64,000 nucleotides of DNA, from contig NC_091283.1 in the NCBI RefSeq assembly GCF_032444005.1, positions 613,428,001 through 613,492,000 of the forward strand, given 5' to 3'. Positions 38,420-51,811 of the stretch are shown here, one piece after another (the stretch's first letter is position 1; every line of letters starts with the position of its first letter). Source of the DNA: Ranitomeya imitator (taxonomy: Eukaryota). Both the position numbers and the translations under genes were made by a program. A model generated the notes under the pieces. That model searched no databases. It worked only from the letters and a program-made list of their open reading frames with translations, and was not told where the DNA came from.

Positions 38420-39150
38420 CTGGGGTGGGAAAAACCGACTTCCATCAGGTCCGAGGACTCACCACTGCCGCCTGCAGGATCCTTCTGCCCAGGCTGGAGT
38501 CCGCCGTAGTTCGGCGAAACGTGTGGATGGAAGACCAGGTGCCGCTTGCAAAGCCGTCAGCGATAACCCTGTGACGTACCGCACTGGAAGCGCCGACTGC
38601 CCGGGTAGAGTGAGCCTTTATCTCAGGAGGGGGCACTCTTGTTCTTGACCCGGTAAAGCTTCCAAAATTGCCGATCTGATAGAGCGAGCAATAGTCGCCA
38701 TTGCCGATCTGATAGAGCGAGCAATAGTCGCCTTGGAAGTCGGCAGGCCTCTACGCACGCCATCAGGGATGGCGAAAAGAGAATCCATCTTTCGGAAAAC
38801 GGCTGTGCTAGCCAGGGAGATCCTCACTGCCCTGACGAGGCCCAGCCTGTTCAACGATCACTCCAGAGGAGGAATCGGAGCTGGACAAAAGGAAAGGTAT
38901 AACGATGTCCTCGTTGAGGTGGAAAGATGAAAAACCACCTCGAGAAAGGAAGGAAGGCAGAGGCCTGGGACCACCTTGTCCTGGTTTAAAATCAAAAAAG
39001 GAGGTCGGCAAGAAGCGGCCGCCAACTCAAAAACGCGGCGGATCAAAAAGATGGACCTGAGAAAAGTCACCTTCCGAGATAGAACTGACAGGGAAAACTC
39101 CCTGAGAGGCTCAAAGGGGGGAACCCCTAAGCACAACCAATCCAACCTAT
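38420..39150 (-). pseudogene. DIRS tyrosine recombinase, frameshifted
   Basis: RRVFELAAASCRPPFL, DSLFAIPDG..., KAHSTRAVGAS and WSSIHTFRR spread over several frames. Confidence 0.85.
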
Positions 39151-42100
39151 AAATCCCATGAATCCACAGAGGCCCTGTACGGAGGGACAGCGTGGGCTAC
39201 TCCTTGAAGGGAGGTCTTAACCTGTGGCTGAGAAGATAAAGTCTTCTGAAAGGGAAGAAGAGCGCAGGAACCTGGTCCTTTAGGGAACTAAGAGCGAAGC
39301 CCGAATCCAGCCCTGCCTGAAGGAAAACCAAATGGAAAGCAGGGAAAAAGGACATAGGTGAAAAGTGGTTGGACTCGCATCAACGAAAGTAAGCCTTCCA
39401 GGTACGATAGTAGATCCTGGAAGAAGACAAAGGCTTCCCAGCCTGGATTATAGAGTGACTCATCTGGGCCGAAAGGCCGGACGCTCTTAGAACTGTGGAG
39501 TCCACAGCCACGCCGTTAAACTGAGCGACCGATAATTCGGGTGGCAGATCGGACCCTGAGACAGCAGATCGGGTCCGCCCGGAAGACACCAGGGGTGTCC
39601 GCGGAAGATTGGCGATGTCTGCAAACTAAGACCTCCTTGGCCAATCCGGGACGATCAGAATGACCGGCACCCATCCAGCCTTGATCTTTTTCGACAGCTT
39701 GGAAAGCAAGGGAAGGCGTGGGAACCGATAGGGGAGCCCGAACTGCGACCGAGGAATGGCCAGAGAGACAACACCACTGAGAGGATCACGGGACCCTGGG
39801 CCGACCCGAGGGACCTCCTGTTCAATGGGGACGCCATGAGGTCCACCTCTGGAGTCCCCCATCGAAGAGCAATCCGATAGGAAACCTCCTGAAGTACCAT
39901 TCCCCTGCCGCGAGGCCCTCGCGGCCGAGGAAGTCGGCGGCCTAAATGTCCACGCCGGGGACATGCACTGCGGAGCTCACCAGGACCGTTGCCTCTGTCC
40001 AAAGGAGGGTCCTGGAATCTCGGCCGAGGCCAGCGAACGCCGAGTCCACCCCTGGTGGTAGACATATGCACTGCTGTGTCATTGTCTGTCTGGATTCGAA
40101 TTGGCAGGCTGCTGAGAATCCTTACCCAGTGAAGGAAAGACAGAAAAGATGATCCGGGACTCGAGGACATTGATCGGCAAAGGAGGCTCCTGCACCGACC
40201 AACAACCCTGAAAGAACAGGAGACAAAGCCCCGCGCCTCCGCGAGCGGACAGGCGTCCGTCGTCACCACCTGCAAGGGAACTGGAAGGAAGGATATGCTG
40301 TGAAGGATCTACTCTGGGATAAGAGAAGTGACCTCGGCCACCAGTCGAGGAACCATTTGACCTGGGAGAAAGCCGGATCGGACGATGCAGGGAGAAGACA
40401 GACCTGTACCCTGCGATAAAATAGCCTGCTGAAGAAGTCTTGAAAGAAACGGGCGAAGGGCAAACTGCTTCCGATGTTGCAACCAAACCTCCTTAGGGCC
40501 GAGAACCCTGGAGCAAGCGAACTTCCTGACAAAGGAGGGATATCCTGTCCTCGGGAAGGAAGACTCTGGTCCGACAAGTGTCGAAGAACATGCCCAGAGA
40601 TACGAGACGCTGAACAAGACGGAACTTCTTCCTGTTGATGAGCCACCCGCAACGGTTAGAATGTCGGAAAAGATGGATAGACTTTCGGGAGCCTGAAACC
40701 GAAATTCCTGAGCCTCCATGAAAGTGATTACTGAACGAGGGAATATCATCCTGAAGTGTCTCCGACGAAACTTCCTGTACAGCAAATGGAGATCCGGACT
40801 GGGACGAACCTTGCTGTCCTCTGTCAGTACAGAAAGATTCGAAGAGAAGCCTGTGAACCAATGAACCATTCCTGTTCTGGGACGGGAACGTTTACCCCAG
40901 ATTTAAGGAGGGAAACAATGGCTGTAAAGAAACCCGGGACTAGAGCGGGGTCTCTTGGAGGTTGGGATTTGAAGAAAACGATCCCAGGACCGTGAAATGA
41001 AGATTTTGTATCTAGAGGATACAAGTGCCCTGGCCCATGTGCCCTCTACTGAGGAGACCCAGACGTCCCTGAGGAACAGGAGACGGTTGCCCGGTCTGAG
41101 AAACGGGCTGGGGCCTAGTCGTGGGTCATGCCTAGGTGGAACTTCCAGTCCTGGACCTGGAGAATCCACCTTAGGAGTAGCAGGCACGCCAGGAAAGAGT
41201 GAGTCGAAGAATACCTTCTTCTATCTAACGTGCCAGAGGCCTCTGCTGTTGCGAAGAGGAATCTGATGCCGCAAAACTACGAAAAAGGTCAAAAAGACCG
41301 AAGTAGCCGCCTAAGGGGAAGTAGGCGAGGTCTGGAGAAGGGGACTGGTGCCGCCAGTGTCGTCCTTAATAAATTTGGTCCAGCTTGGAACCGAAAAGGA
41401 CGTGAACCCTGAAAAGGCAGACTCGTAAGGGACTTCTTTGATGACTCTTGAGCCAAATAGTGCGACAGCTGGCAACAACATTACTGGACGCCTGTGCGGC
41501 AGAAGACGCGACGTCCAGGGCACAAATTATTCCCCGGCGTGAGAAATCTGGGAGGCAAGTTCCGCCAGCCGACCTGATGGAGCTCCAGCTTGAATGCCCC
41601 AACGGAGTTGTTTAGCCCCTCGGATACAGACTTCGAAACCCAAGTGGAAGCCCAAGCTGGGCATTGGGATGATTCGGCAGTTTTGAGAGCCGACTTCACG
41701 AAGGATTCCATGATCCTATCGATGGAATCTTTCAGAGCCGCCCACCGGACAGCGTAAGGACTGTGTTGGTGGCAAGTTTAGCAGCCGACGGATCCACAGG
41801 GGGAGAGGTCGTTCTCTAACGCCTCTCATTCCGGTTGGCAATGAGATCCGGAGGAAAGAGATATGAGACTCCAAGACTGTCTCTTTGAGAACGTCTGGTC
41901 GAATTCGCTCTTTCTCTGGACAGAAGCTCCTTGAATTCAGGATGAGGAGCAAATACCTTGGGAGGTAGCTTGGACCGTCTAAACGAAACCGCCTGATCTG
42001 CGGGTTTCGTAGAGGAATCTTTGATGCCACAGGTCTGATTGGTCGCTCCAATGAGGCTTTGAACCATATCCCTCATGTTAGCGATTTGGTTCGAATCCGG

Positions 42101-44124
42101 CCGCAAATTATCCTCCGAAGGCGTATCAGAGAATGCCTCGCCTGACTCAGGGGAGGAGGATCGGGAGGACGCCGACTGCAGAGGAGGACCGAGTGTCGAG
42201 ATGGAGCGAGAAGAGGACTCAGACTGGCATTCCTGTCTGGACCTTTTTCAGCTAGCCTTGGAGGGCTCGGACGGAGCTTTCAGCGACCCGGTGGCTACTG
42301 CGGGGGTCTGCAGGGGTAACCGATCCAGCACGGACACCAGGGTTGAGACACCCGTGTTAGATTGGCCACCGATTGAGACGGAGAGGAGGCCCAGCCTGGG
42401 ACTGGGGAATCACTCTCGGGCGGATCGGCTGGGGGATCCTGGGCGGTGGGCACAATCGGGTTGCTGCAGGAGTAGGAAGACGAAAATGGCCCCCTTTTTT
42501 GCCCGAGTGGATAGAGGGCAGGGGGGAGGTGGGGGCAGAGGGGAGTGTCGGTCTGCAGAGCAGAACTACTCACGGTAGACGAAAAACGGGATCCGGAGGA
42601 CGCTGTTCGGCTTGATAGGATGGGCCTCCGGTAAGAAGTCGTCTTTTAGGCAGGAGGGTGATATGAGCTCCTGCCGCAAATTGGACCGATCTGCGGATGT
42701 GACCGCGGTATGGGCTCCTGAGATGTGGCGACGGATGAGAGGTGCATGTAAAGGAGTCCCAAGATGGCGCCAGTGGGCGGAGAGAAGGCGGGCCGCAGTG
42801 AAAATGTCGGGCGGGAGAAAAGCCCGCCCGATGAGAGAAGAAAGGGGGCGGAGTCTGGCACCGGAAGTAGGCCCAGGCAGAAGCCGGGGCCTAAATTAGC
42901 GATCGGTGCCGGCATGGAAGGGCCGCAGCGGTGAACAGTGCGCCGCAGAAAGCGATAGGTGAGCGGCCGCCTACAGCGGCGGGAGTAGCGCAGCCGCCGG
43001 TCCAAAGCGGTGAGGCGGTCTGGCAAGCCGCCACGCTGAGGGAGGATGCGCGGCGCTGTAAGCGGCCAGAGGGACGCAGCTGCAGGGGGCCCGATTAGCG
43101 ATGCGGCGGCCGTGCTGAAAAGAAATGAACAGCCGCATACAGCGGCCGGAGCAGGGAAGCCACAGCGATGCGGCGGCTGGTAAGCTGCCGCGCTGAAAGG
43201 AAATGAACGGCCGCATACAGCGGCCGGAGCAGGGGAGCCACTGAGGGCCGCGCTAAAGCTGGGGCTGGATAGAGGGCAGGGGGGGGGGGGGGTGGGAAGC
43301 CTGCAGGACCCGAGGCGGGAATGTCCTCCCCTGAGCACGGCCACGCAGATAGCGTGCCCGGACAAGAAGCGGCGCGGTGTTCCGTAAAGGCAGCCGCGCC
43401 GGAACAGGGGACAGGGAGGCCGCATCCACGGAAGTGGCGCGGCTGAAAAGAGATGCGATTCGCATCAGAAAACCCCTAAATAGGAACCCCCTTTTTAGGA
43501 TCCAGGGAAGCCACAGGGTGGGGAGGGAAAATACTCACCTAAACATCCCCCGCCGGTACTAACCTGGAAGGAATGAGACGTCCACGGAGCTGATGGACGT
43601 CCTCGTCTCCTCCGACCGACAGGCTCTGGTGGGCGAGTGGGTGGGGGATGGAGCCAGGACCGGACTTCTAAGCACGCTTGTGTGCTAGGATCTTGGTCCT
43701 GGTGAGGGATCTATGAGGATACGGGGTGGCAGTACACGCCGTACTCATAGTCCACATTGTGGGACTACAGGTGTGACTGTTCACCCTGTATCCCTCCGGA
43801 AAAACCTGAAAGGAAACGACGCACATTGAGGTAGATAAGGGTCTAATGAAAGACCCGTGTCCACCTCCTACTGACACTAAGCTAAACTGAATATCCTACT
43901 TCCTGTCGGTAGGGTGTATACTGCAGAGGAGGAGCTAACTTTTTATTTGCATAGTGTCAGCCTCCTAGTGGCAGCAGCATACACCCATGGTTCCTGTGTC
44001 CCCCAATGAAAGGCGATAGAGAAAGCCAAAGAAGCTCCATGTCTCATCAACACTTGAACTCATTTACACGCGAATTGGTAACTGAGGTTTGAGATTTTAA
44101 ACTTTACATGGAACTACATATTAA

Positions 44125-44443
44125 AGGGAACCTGTCACCTGAATTTGGCGTGACAGGTTTGCGGTCATATGGGCGGGGTTTTCGGGTGTTTGAGTCACCC
44201 CTTCCTTACCCGCTGGCTGCAATATTGGGTTGAAGTTCATGCTGTGTCCTCCGAAGTACACAACTGCGCAAGTCGCAATCTTGCCTTGCGCAGGCGTGTA
44301 CTTCGGAGGACACAGCATGAACTTCAACCCAATATTGCGGCCAGCATGCAGCCAGCGGGTAAAGAAAGGGTGAATCAAACACCTGAAAACACCGCCTCTA
44401 TGACCGCAAACCTGTCCCGCCAAATTCAGGTGACAGGTTCCCT
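44125..44443. mobile_element. T2/Kolobok-type MITE
   Basis: TTAA-AGGGAACCTGTCAC...GTGACAGGTTCCCT-TTAA; fully palindromic. Confidence 0.9.
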
Positions 44444-44447
44444 TTAA

Positions 44448-46400
44448 GCCCTTCGCTCCTCAGGTACTTTGGCCTTTTTGACCATTGGTAATAACTCTTT
44501 AAAGCAGTAATAACTATGGAATGCTTCATCATTTCTCAGTGATTCTTGGATAACTTTTTTTTATAGACACATAATACTTTATGTTAGTGGTAAATGTAGG
44601 TCAATGGGACAGACTCATCAAAGCTTTTATACCACAAAAGTGATGTAAAGACTTGAAAAATGGCAACATTTTTGCACAATTGGAATTGGGCAACAAATTT
44701 GCAACTTTTGTCATTTTCACACCACTTTTGATCAGCTTCTCAGATTAATGAAAAGTGCCTACGTTTTTAAGCCAGGAATGCTACTGACTGGAGTAGCATT
44801 TCTGGCGCGGTGCATGCAGGCGCACACCACTCAGACAAGGCGCCAAATTAATTTGTGCACCTCTTAATGAATCTGGAGCCTATTCTACATGCTCTATGCC
44901 AGTCTTGATGAACTGGCCCCAATATGTTTTGTATTCATAAAAATATAAGAAATTCTCCCCCCCCAAAAAAAGGTAAAATTTGCAATTTTCAAACTTTGAT
45001 TTTTTTATGCCTTTAAACCAGATAGTTGTACCACTCAAAAAAAAATTGTACATACCATATAACATATGTCAGCATGATTGTTTTCAAGGATTTTAGGATG
45101 TTTCCAAAATCTATTTTTAGGGACCTATTCACTTTTGAAGTGACTTTGAGGGGCCTGAAAGAGACCCCATTGTGAAACCACAACCCTAACAGTAATCAAA
45201 ACTGCAATCCGGAAGTTTATTAACCCTTCAGCTGCTTCACAGGAATTCAAAGTAGAATAAAAATTAAAATGTTGATTTAGCCCCACGTTTTTAATTTTGA
45301 CAAAATAAGAACATATACCACACAATTTGTAGCCCAATTTCTTCTGAATGTGCCAAAAGCTCCATTTGTGGTCGTAAACTGGCCACAAGGTGGGGCTCAG
45401 AATGGAATCAGTGCCACTTGGCTTTTGGGGTGCATTTCTTGTCACATTTGCAGAGCCACTGAGATGCCATAAAAACAGAAACCCATCACAAGTGACCACA
45501 TTTTATAAACTACACCCCTCAAGGAATTCATCCAGAGAGTTTAATGAACATTTTGACCACAGGTGAGCCAAAAATAATTTTTTTTCCACTTTAAAGGTGG
45601 CTTAGTGCCACAGCTTTCATTTTCACAAGAAATAATAGGAATAAATAGACCTAAGAATTAGTTATTCCCGAATGTAGCAATACCCTAGTGGTTGGAAGCT
45701 ATTGCTTGGGCACACAGCAGGACTCGTAAGGGAAGAAGCAATGACTGACTTTTGAAACGCAAATTTCACTGAAATAGATTGAGGACACCATGTAACATTT
45801 GCAGAAACCCAAAAGGTGCCCAAACTGCAGAAATCCTCACATATGACCCCATTTTTGGAACTTATCTTGGGCTGTAGTGAACATTTTGAACTCACAGGTG
45901 TTTAACAGATTATTATAACATTGGGCTGTGACAATTACGGTATGTTTTCTCCCTCAATGTTGTTTTAGCCACAATTTTATCATTTTCAAAAGAGGCAATA
46001 TGTAAAAATAATGAACACACAATTAGTTACGCAAATTTTCCATTTGTGACAATACCCTACAAGTGGTCGGAAAGTAGTGATCGGAAGGTATTTGGAGAGC
46101 AGATTTTGCTGGAATAGCTTATTGGCACCGTTTGCAGGGTCCCTAAGGGGCCAGAACAGCAGAAAAACCCCATAAATGACATTTTGAAAATTACACTCCT
46201 CAGGGAATTTATCTCCTGATGCAGTGAGCATTTTGACTCCACAATTTTTTCCAGAAATTAATACACAGTAAATCTTGTGAACTGTAAACTGTATTTTTTT
46301 CCAACAAATACTGTATTCAATTTCAGTTACTAAAATATTGTGCTCAATTTGTGCCACTGTGAAAAGACAGTTCTCTAATTACTATGGTGGGTTTCATGAT
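44448..46400. mobile_element. Old degenerate piggyBac-like non-autonomous element, related to 19408-22991
   Basis: Diverged copies of the ~395-bp subrepeat motifs (CACAAGTGACC...TTTTGGAA). Confidence 0.5.
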
Positions 46401-46593
46401 TTCAAATGTCCTGCAGGTGACCTTAATGTCTTATCTGAACATACAGCATGAAGAATCAGTCCAACCCTGCCCTACGTTGTGAGTCATACAGAGCATAATA
46501 TTTTCGGGGCATGTGGAATGGGAAAAACAGCAATTATAGCATGATTTCCAGAGATTATTCTAAATCGCTCATGGTTTAATATAAATGAATTAA

Positions 46594-47188
46594 AGGGAAT
46601 CTGTCACATACTTGTTCGTATATAAGTTGCGGACACCACCGTTAGGAGCTTATCTATAGCATTCTGGAATGCTGTAGATAAGCCCCCGATGTATCCTGAA
46701 AGATGAGAAAAAGAGGTTAGATTATACTCACCCAGGGGCGGTCCAGTGCAGTCTGCGTCCGATGGGCGTCTCAGGTCCAGCACCTCCCATCTTCATACGA
46801 TGACGTCCTCTTCCTTGCTTCTGTGGCGGCTCCTGCGCAGGTGTAATTCTCTGCCCTGCTGACGGCAGCGTAAAGTACTGCAGTGCGTAGGCGCTGGGCC
46901 TCTCTAACCTTTCCCGGCGCCTGCGCACTGCAGTACTTTGTTCTGCCCTCAACAAGGCAGAGAATTACACCTGCGCAAAGGAAGCAAGGAAGAAGACGTC
47001 ATTGTATGAAGATGGGAGGTGCCGGAAAGGACCGGGATGCCCATCGGACCCAGACTGCCCCTGGGTGAGCATAATCCAACTTGTTTTTCTTATCTTTCAG
47101 GTTACATCGGCATTCTGTAATGCTGTAGATAAGCCCCTAATGGCGGTGGCCGCAGCTTATAGGCGAAAAATGGGGTGACAGATTCCCT
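46594..47188. mobile_element. T2/Kolobok-type MITE
   Basis: TTAA-AGGGAATCTGTCAC...GTGACAGATTCCCT; long internal inverted arms. Confidence 0.85.
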
Positions 47189-47589
47189 TTAGCAAAAACA
47201 TGTTTGCTGACATGGCACCAGAGTTTCTACACATCTGATGACATCTCATTTACATACGGTAGTTCTTTTATATTATGCTAATTTCGCACAATTTTTTTTA
47301 TATAAATCAAGGGTTTTTTGCATGCAGTTGGCCTTTTCAGAGAGAAAGGACAGAAATTCTAGATCCATCTAGAGCCAAACAAGATTTTTTGGTTTTGAGA
47401 GCCTAAATACTGTACTCTACAATTTAAGTCTGCTTAAAAATTGACTAAGTGCCACAAAAAATGCTCTAGGATGCGATCCATCGTAGCCTTCTCCAACAGG
47501 AGAGGGTCTCCAAGAAACTGTCCCTGTCCTTCCAAACCAGAAGGCCAGTGTAGATCAGGAACTAGTGGCCTCCCATAGCTGAAGCTTAA

Positions 47590-47863
47590 AGGGACTCTGT
47601 CACCTGAATTTGGAAGGAACAATCTTCATCCATAGGGGCGGGGTTTTCGGGTGTTTGATTCACCCTTTCCTTATCCGCCGGCTGCATGCTGGCTGCAATA
47701 TTGCCTTGTGCAGGCATGTACTACGGAGGACAAAGAATGAACTTCAATCCAATATTGCAGCCAGCATGCAGCCGGCGGGTAAGGAAAGGGTGAATCAAAC
47801 ACCCGAAAACCCCGCCCCTATGGCTGAAGATTGTCCCCTCCAAATTCAGGTGACAGAGTCCCT
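47590..47863. mobile_element. T2/Kolobok-type MITE (same subfamily as 44125)
   Basis: TTAA-AGGGACTCTGTCAC...GTGACAGAGTCCCT-TTAA. Confidence 0.9.
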
Positions 47864-49458
47864 TTAAGGAGACACAAATCTTGCTCACAGCATCTGCCAC
47901 CCAAGCAGAACTAGGAACCAGTCTAGATTGTCTCCCCTCCCGAAAGAGGTTTGAAGGGGAGAGCATAACCTGATGGCCACTCTCTTCCCCATAGACCGAT
48001 CAGGAGGGAAACTCATAAGACAACAGCTCTCTGAACAAGTCTTAGTGATGTGGACAACTGTGAAAAGGGTGTCAATCAAGTGAATACAATTTTTTTTTTT
48101 TTAAAGAGTCAAGGCTTTCCAAAAATTGTGGCAGACCGGTCGCCTGAGAATTAAAAAAAATCCCTATCCAAGACAAAAGGCGCAGAAATGGATGTGCACT
48201 CAAAAGAATGAAAGTGAAGTGCAGAGAAAAAGTGCCATAAACTCAAGTGGGTTTACCATGCCCAGCGGGGTCACCACTCCTGAGGCACTTTCCACCTCAA
48301 GATCTCAAACTACCTGACCTAATATCTTCAATTTTGGGGGAGGGAGGGGTGGCGGTGTCTCACCTGGATGACTATATAAACCACCCAGTCAGCCCAGAGC
48401 ACCACACCCAGTATGCATGATGTACCATTCTACGAAGATGCCCTAAAACGGTCCTTTCCAATGATGCCACCCTTGGTCTTAACCAAAAAGCCGAGAAGCG
48501 AAAGGCCAACCCAATTGCACATACGTGTATCAGGGTGTTGGTTGTTGATTTGGCAAGGTGAGGCCTCTGACAGGAGGTCTAAGGGTTAAAGATTCTACTT
48601 ATGGAGAATGTCAAGTTGGCATTAGGAGACTTACAAGCCATGCAATGCTGATCTGGGATTTTAAAGATTCGGCCTCATAGTTTAAGAGCCATATCTTTTT
48701 GTTTCCCACCAGAGACGATGGATGAGGGTTTGATTTTTTTTTTTTTGCGTGACAAGATGTTATCTTCATGAGTGCTATTTTTTTGTGCACGTGAATCTTT
48801 TTGACTGCTTATTCTGCAATTTCATCACTCCTCTATTTACAGGGCTCACCATGTGGCATAAATGTCAAAAATTGATAGTTTCGTTTCTGTTTCTCGTACC
48901 AATAATGTTATTTTTTTTCATTTATTTTTTTAGGGAAGGGGATTTTGTCTGATGAACTACAATAGAAAAAGCGTGATCTGTCATATTCTACTATTTCAAT
49001 GAAGGACTAGTAGAATACATATTCTACTCTGAAGTGACATGCCATTGCATGTGCAGCTGCGGGAGCGGGAAGCTGTTTGTCAGACAAAGACAGAATCACC
49101 ACAGAGAAGGCAGAGATGGTTTATTACCGTTCAGCCTTCCTGATCATTGTATACCCAGCAATGAAGATGCTCCATGCCTACTGTATGGGAAGATACAACA
49201 GAGTTTCCTTCACCGGATCCAGTGATTACTTGATGCCAGGTGGAAGCAAAAGCGGCTAGCTCGTAACTGGTTTTAAACACATACAGTATAGTCATCTTCC
49301 ACATACACCTGTAAAGCGGGATCCTATGTCAAAGAAAATATCCATCCAATTGTGATTTCAATAGATAAAAATCGAATAGTGCAAATTACCAAGACGGGAC
49401 TATTCTCCACTTCTGCAGAAAATATCCGCTCAGGGCACAGCCAACATTACTCATTTAC

Positions 49459-49563
49459 CTGCTTAGCACCTAACACTACAGAAGTGTCTCCGTCCATTTT
49501 GTTTCTGGCTGCTGTAGTGGTGTGATCCTTGGTAAATTTCTGGTACTGGGCAAATTGTAACTC
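49459..49563 (-). CDS. ccdc57: ccdc57 coding exon (ELQFAQYQKFTKD...VLGAKQ)
   Basis: Polypyrimidine tract + AAG acceptor, GTAAAT donor; 105 nt, phase 0-0; continues QYQLTSQ|ELQFAQ. Confidence 0.82.
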
Positions 49564-49630
49564 CTTGAGAAGATAAAACAGAAAAAAGTACAGTAAGAAA
49601 CCAAAAGGAATTTCTCATCTGAACACTTTA

Positions 49631-50789
49631 GGCTAAGTGCACACATTGGGTATTTCAGTGCAGAAATTTCTACACCATTTCTGCATTTCTTCACAAGAAT
49701 TTTGAGCATTTTAGGATAGATAATAAATATAGATAGACAAACATAGATATACAGACATAGACCGCCCGAAAGACATAATTGCATAACCCCGACATATTAT
49801 AAAATTGCACCCTGTGAAGCTTATTGGACAGCTTTTTATGATTAAATAAATAAATACAGGAATGAATGAATGATTGAATGAATGAATGAATGAATGAATG
49901 AATGAACAAATGAAAAAAACTGTGGGCTCCTCCCATTTTTTGTAACTGGAAAAGGTAAAGCAGACAGCTCCGGACTTATATTATCAGGCTGGGAACATAC
50001 CTGGTTAATAGGCCCATAAATTCCAAGCTCTCAGCTGCCCCAGAAGTGGCACATCACATTAGATGTGCCAATTCTGGGATCCTGCCTTGGCTTTTTCCGA
50101 TTGCCCTGGTGTGGTGGCAATAGGAGTAATGGGGCTTGGGGTTGATGTCAGCTGTGAATTGTCCAAAAACACAGCTGACATCAAGCCCTGGTGTTAGTAA
50201 TGGAGAGATATCTATTAACGACATCCCCATAACAGAATTGGCATATCTAATCTGATGCGCCACTTCTGGGGTGGCTGAGAGCTGGTATTTTTAGGCTGGG
50301 AAGGGCCCAATGACCATGGACCCTCCCAGCCTGATAATATAAGCTCACATCTGTCTGCTTTACCTTTGCTGGCTACAAAAAATGGTTAAGACTCCAAGCC
50401 ATTTTTTTCATTAATTTATTTAATCATAAAAAGCTACACAGGGTGCAATTTTATTATATGTCAGGGAGTTGTGCAATTATATGTCTATCTGTCTGTCTGT
50501 CTATAATCTATCTCTATCACTTTCACTGGGGTCTAAAAACGCATGTTAAAACGCTACAAAAACGCAGCAAATTCATAATCACTTTTACACTTTTTTTGAC
50601 TGAGTTAACTGAAGTTGATGCGTGAAAAAATGCTGATAGAATTGAGATGCTGCAGATTTAAATCTGCAAGTTACAAATAAGAAACGTGTGCATCAGACTT
50701 CAGGATTCTAATACACTTTGCTAACATCAGATTACCTTTAGTTTTTGTGACAAATCCATGTGGCAAAAAGGCGACATGTGCACACAGCC
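49631..50789. mobile_element. Harbinger-type MITE hosting an ~800-bp palindromic element and a (GAAT)n tract
   Basis: TIR GGCTAAGTGCACAC / GTGCACACAGCC with a TTA duplication; inner inverted arms ~49720-50050 vs ~50200-50520. Confidence 0.7.
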
Positions 50790-51457
50790 TTACAGTTACT
50801 AAACAGATATTGTCTCAAAATTTCACAAACATTTTACAGTGCCAGCAAAGTGCATGGAATTTTAAGAAATCTCATGCACATGTCTTGAATGATATCTGCA
50901 GCATGTATTGGGCAGGAGCTGTTTTGTTCAAGCTATAGCATGTCAATTTATGCTGCAGATGGAGATGCGTATATATAAAAGCATATACATCATGGTGAAC
51001 ATGATTCATGAGAACAGAGGCTAAAATGGGATAAAAAGTTATACAATTCATGGAAACCTACGTTAGATGGCTTTCACACATGCGGCGTGTACCGTTACTA
51101 TATACTACGGGGATGCAATATTACTACACATATTGCATCTCCACCCAAATAATACAGCATTAGATGGGCAAATGGATATTCTCATTCTGCTGTTTAATAG
51201 CATTTCACTTCACAGAAGTTTGTGCTTCAGAGCTGCTGTTTATATTGTGACTAAGTGCAAAATATTTCAACCTCTGATGAGAATTTTGAAGTTCGGGAAT
51301 TGAAATTACTAGTGGCCCACTTACTGAACTATACGTAAAAAAATTATAGTTGTCTGCATTGCTCTCCCCCCCATCCATTCCTGATCTCCCTATTTTAACA
51401 AGAAGGCACTAACACTGGCAGAATGCCAGCAAAAGTGTTATGCCAACAATAGCCTAC

Positions 51458-51579
51458 CTGTGAGGTTAGCTGGTACTGCAGACCCTCCAGTGCTGAAAGG
51501 CGATTCTGAGTCTCTCGTGGGTGAAGTTTAGAAGGAGGAGTCTTGATAACTTGAGAAACGGGTTCCTTTGATGCATTTC
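51458..51579 (-). CDS. ccdc57: ccdc57 coding exon (GNASKEP...QNRLSALEGLQYQLTSQ)
   Basis: CAG/GTAG sites; 122 nt, phase 1 to 0. Confidence 0.85.
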
Positions 51580-51811
51580 CTGCAAAGGGGAACATTTACT
51601 ATATTCGGTATATATAGATGAAAACTGAAAGGGTTAACAATACTTTGGAAGAGGGTCCCCAAGCTTACTTATAGAACTAACACCAAAAGGTGGAAAAACC
51701 CATAGTCATGTACTTTTACTACAGTCTGAGAAACGTTGAAGGCACCTCAATAGACTTCTGTATTAACCACACCATATGCAAAATAAAATGCAAAGGCCTT
51801 TATTAAGTAAG

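Larger units (their letters stand above)
37952..44024 (-). mobile_element. DIRS1-type tyrosine-recombinase retrotransposon, internally deleted, with both ITRs and the ICR intact
   Basis: Inverted termini of about 170 bp; ICR at 38302-38402; degenerate gag, RT remnant, RNase H (VTTDA, QTDN), methyltransferase-like WGTPEVDLMAS and YR (HSTRAVGAS). Confidence 0.93.

Noticed and set aside
42075-43562. GC-rich ORFs in the DIRS 5' region as host genes
   Set aside because: They lie inside the DIRS ITRs; low-complexity overlapping frames with 60-bp internal repeats.
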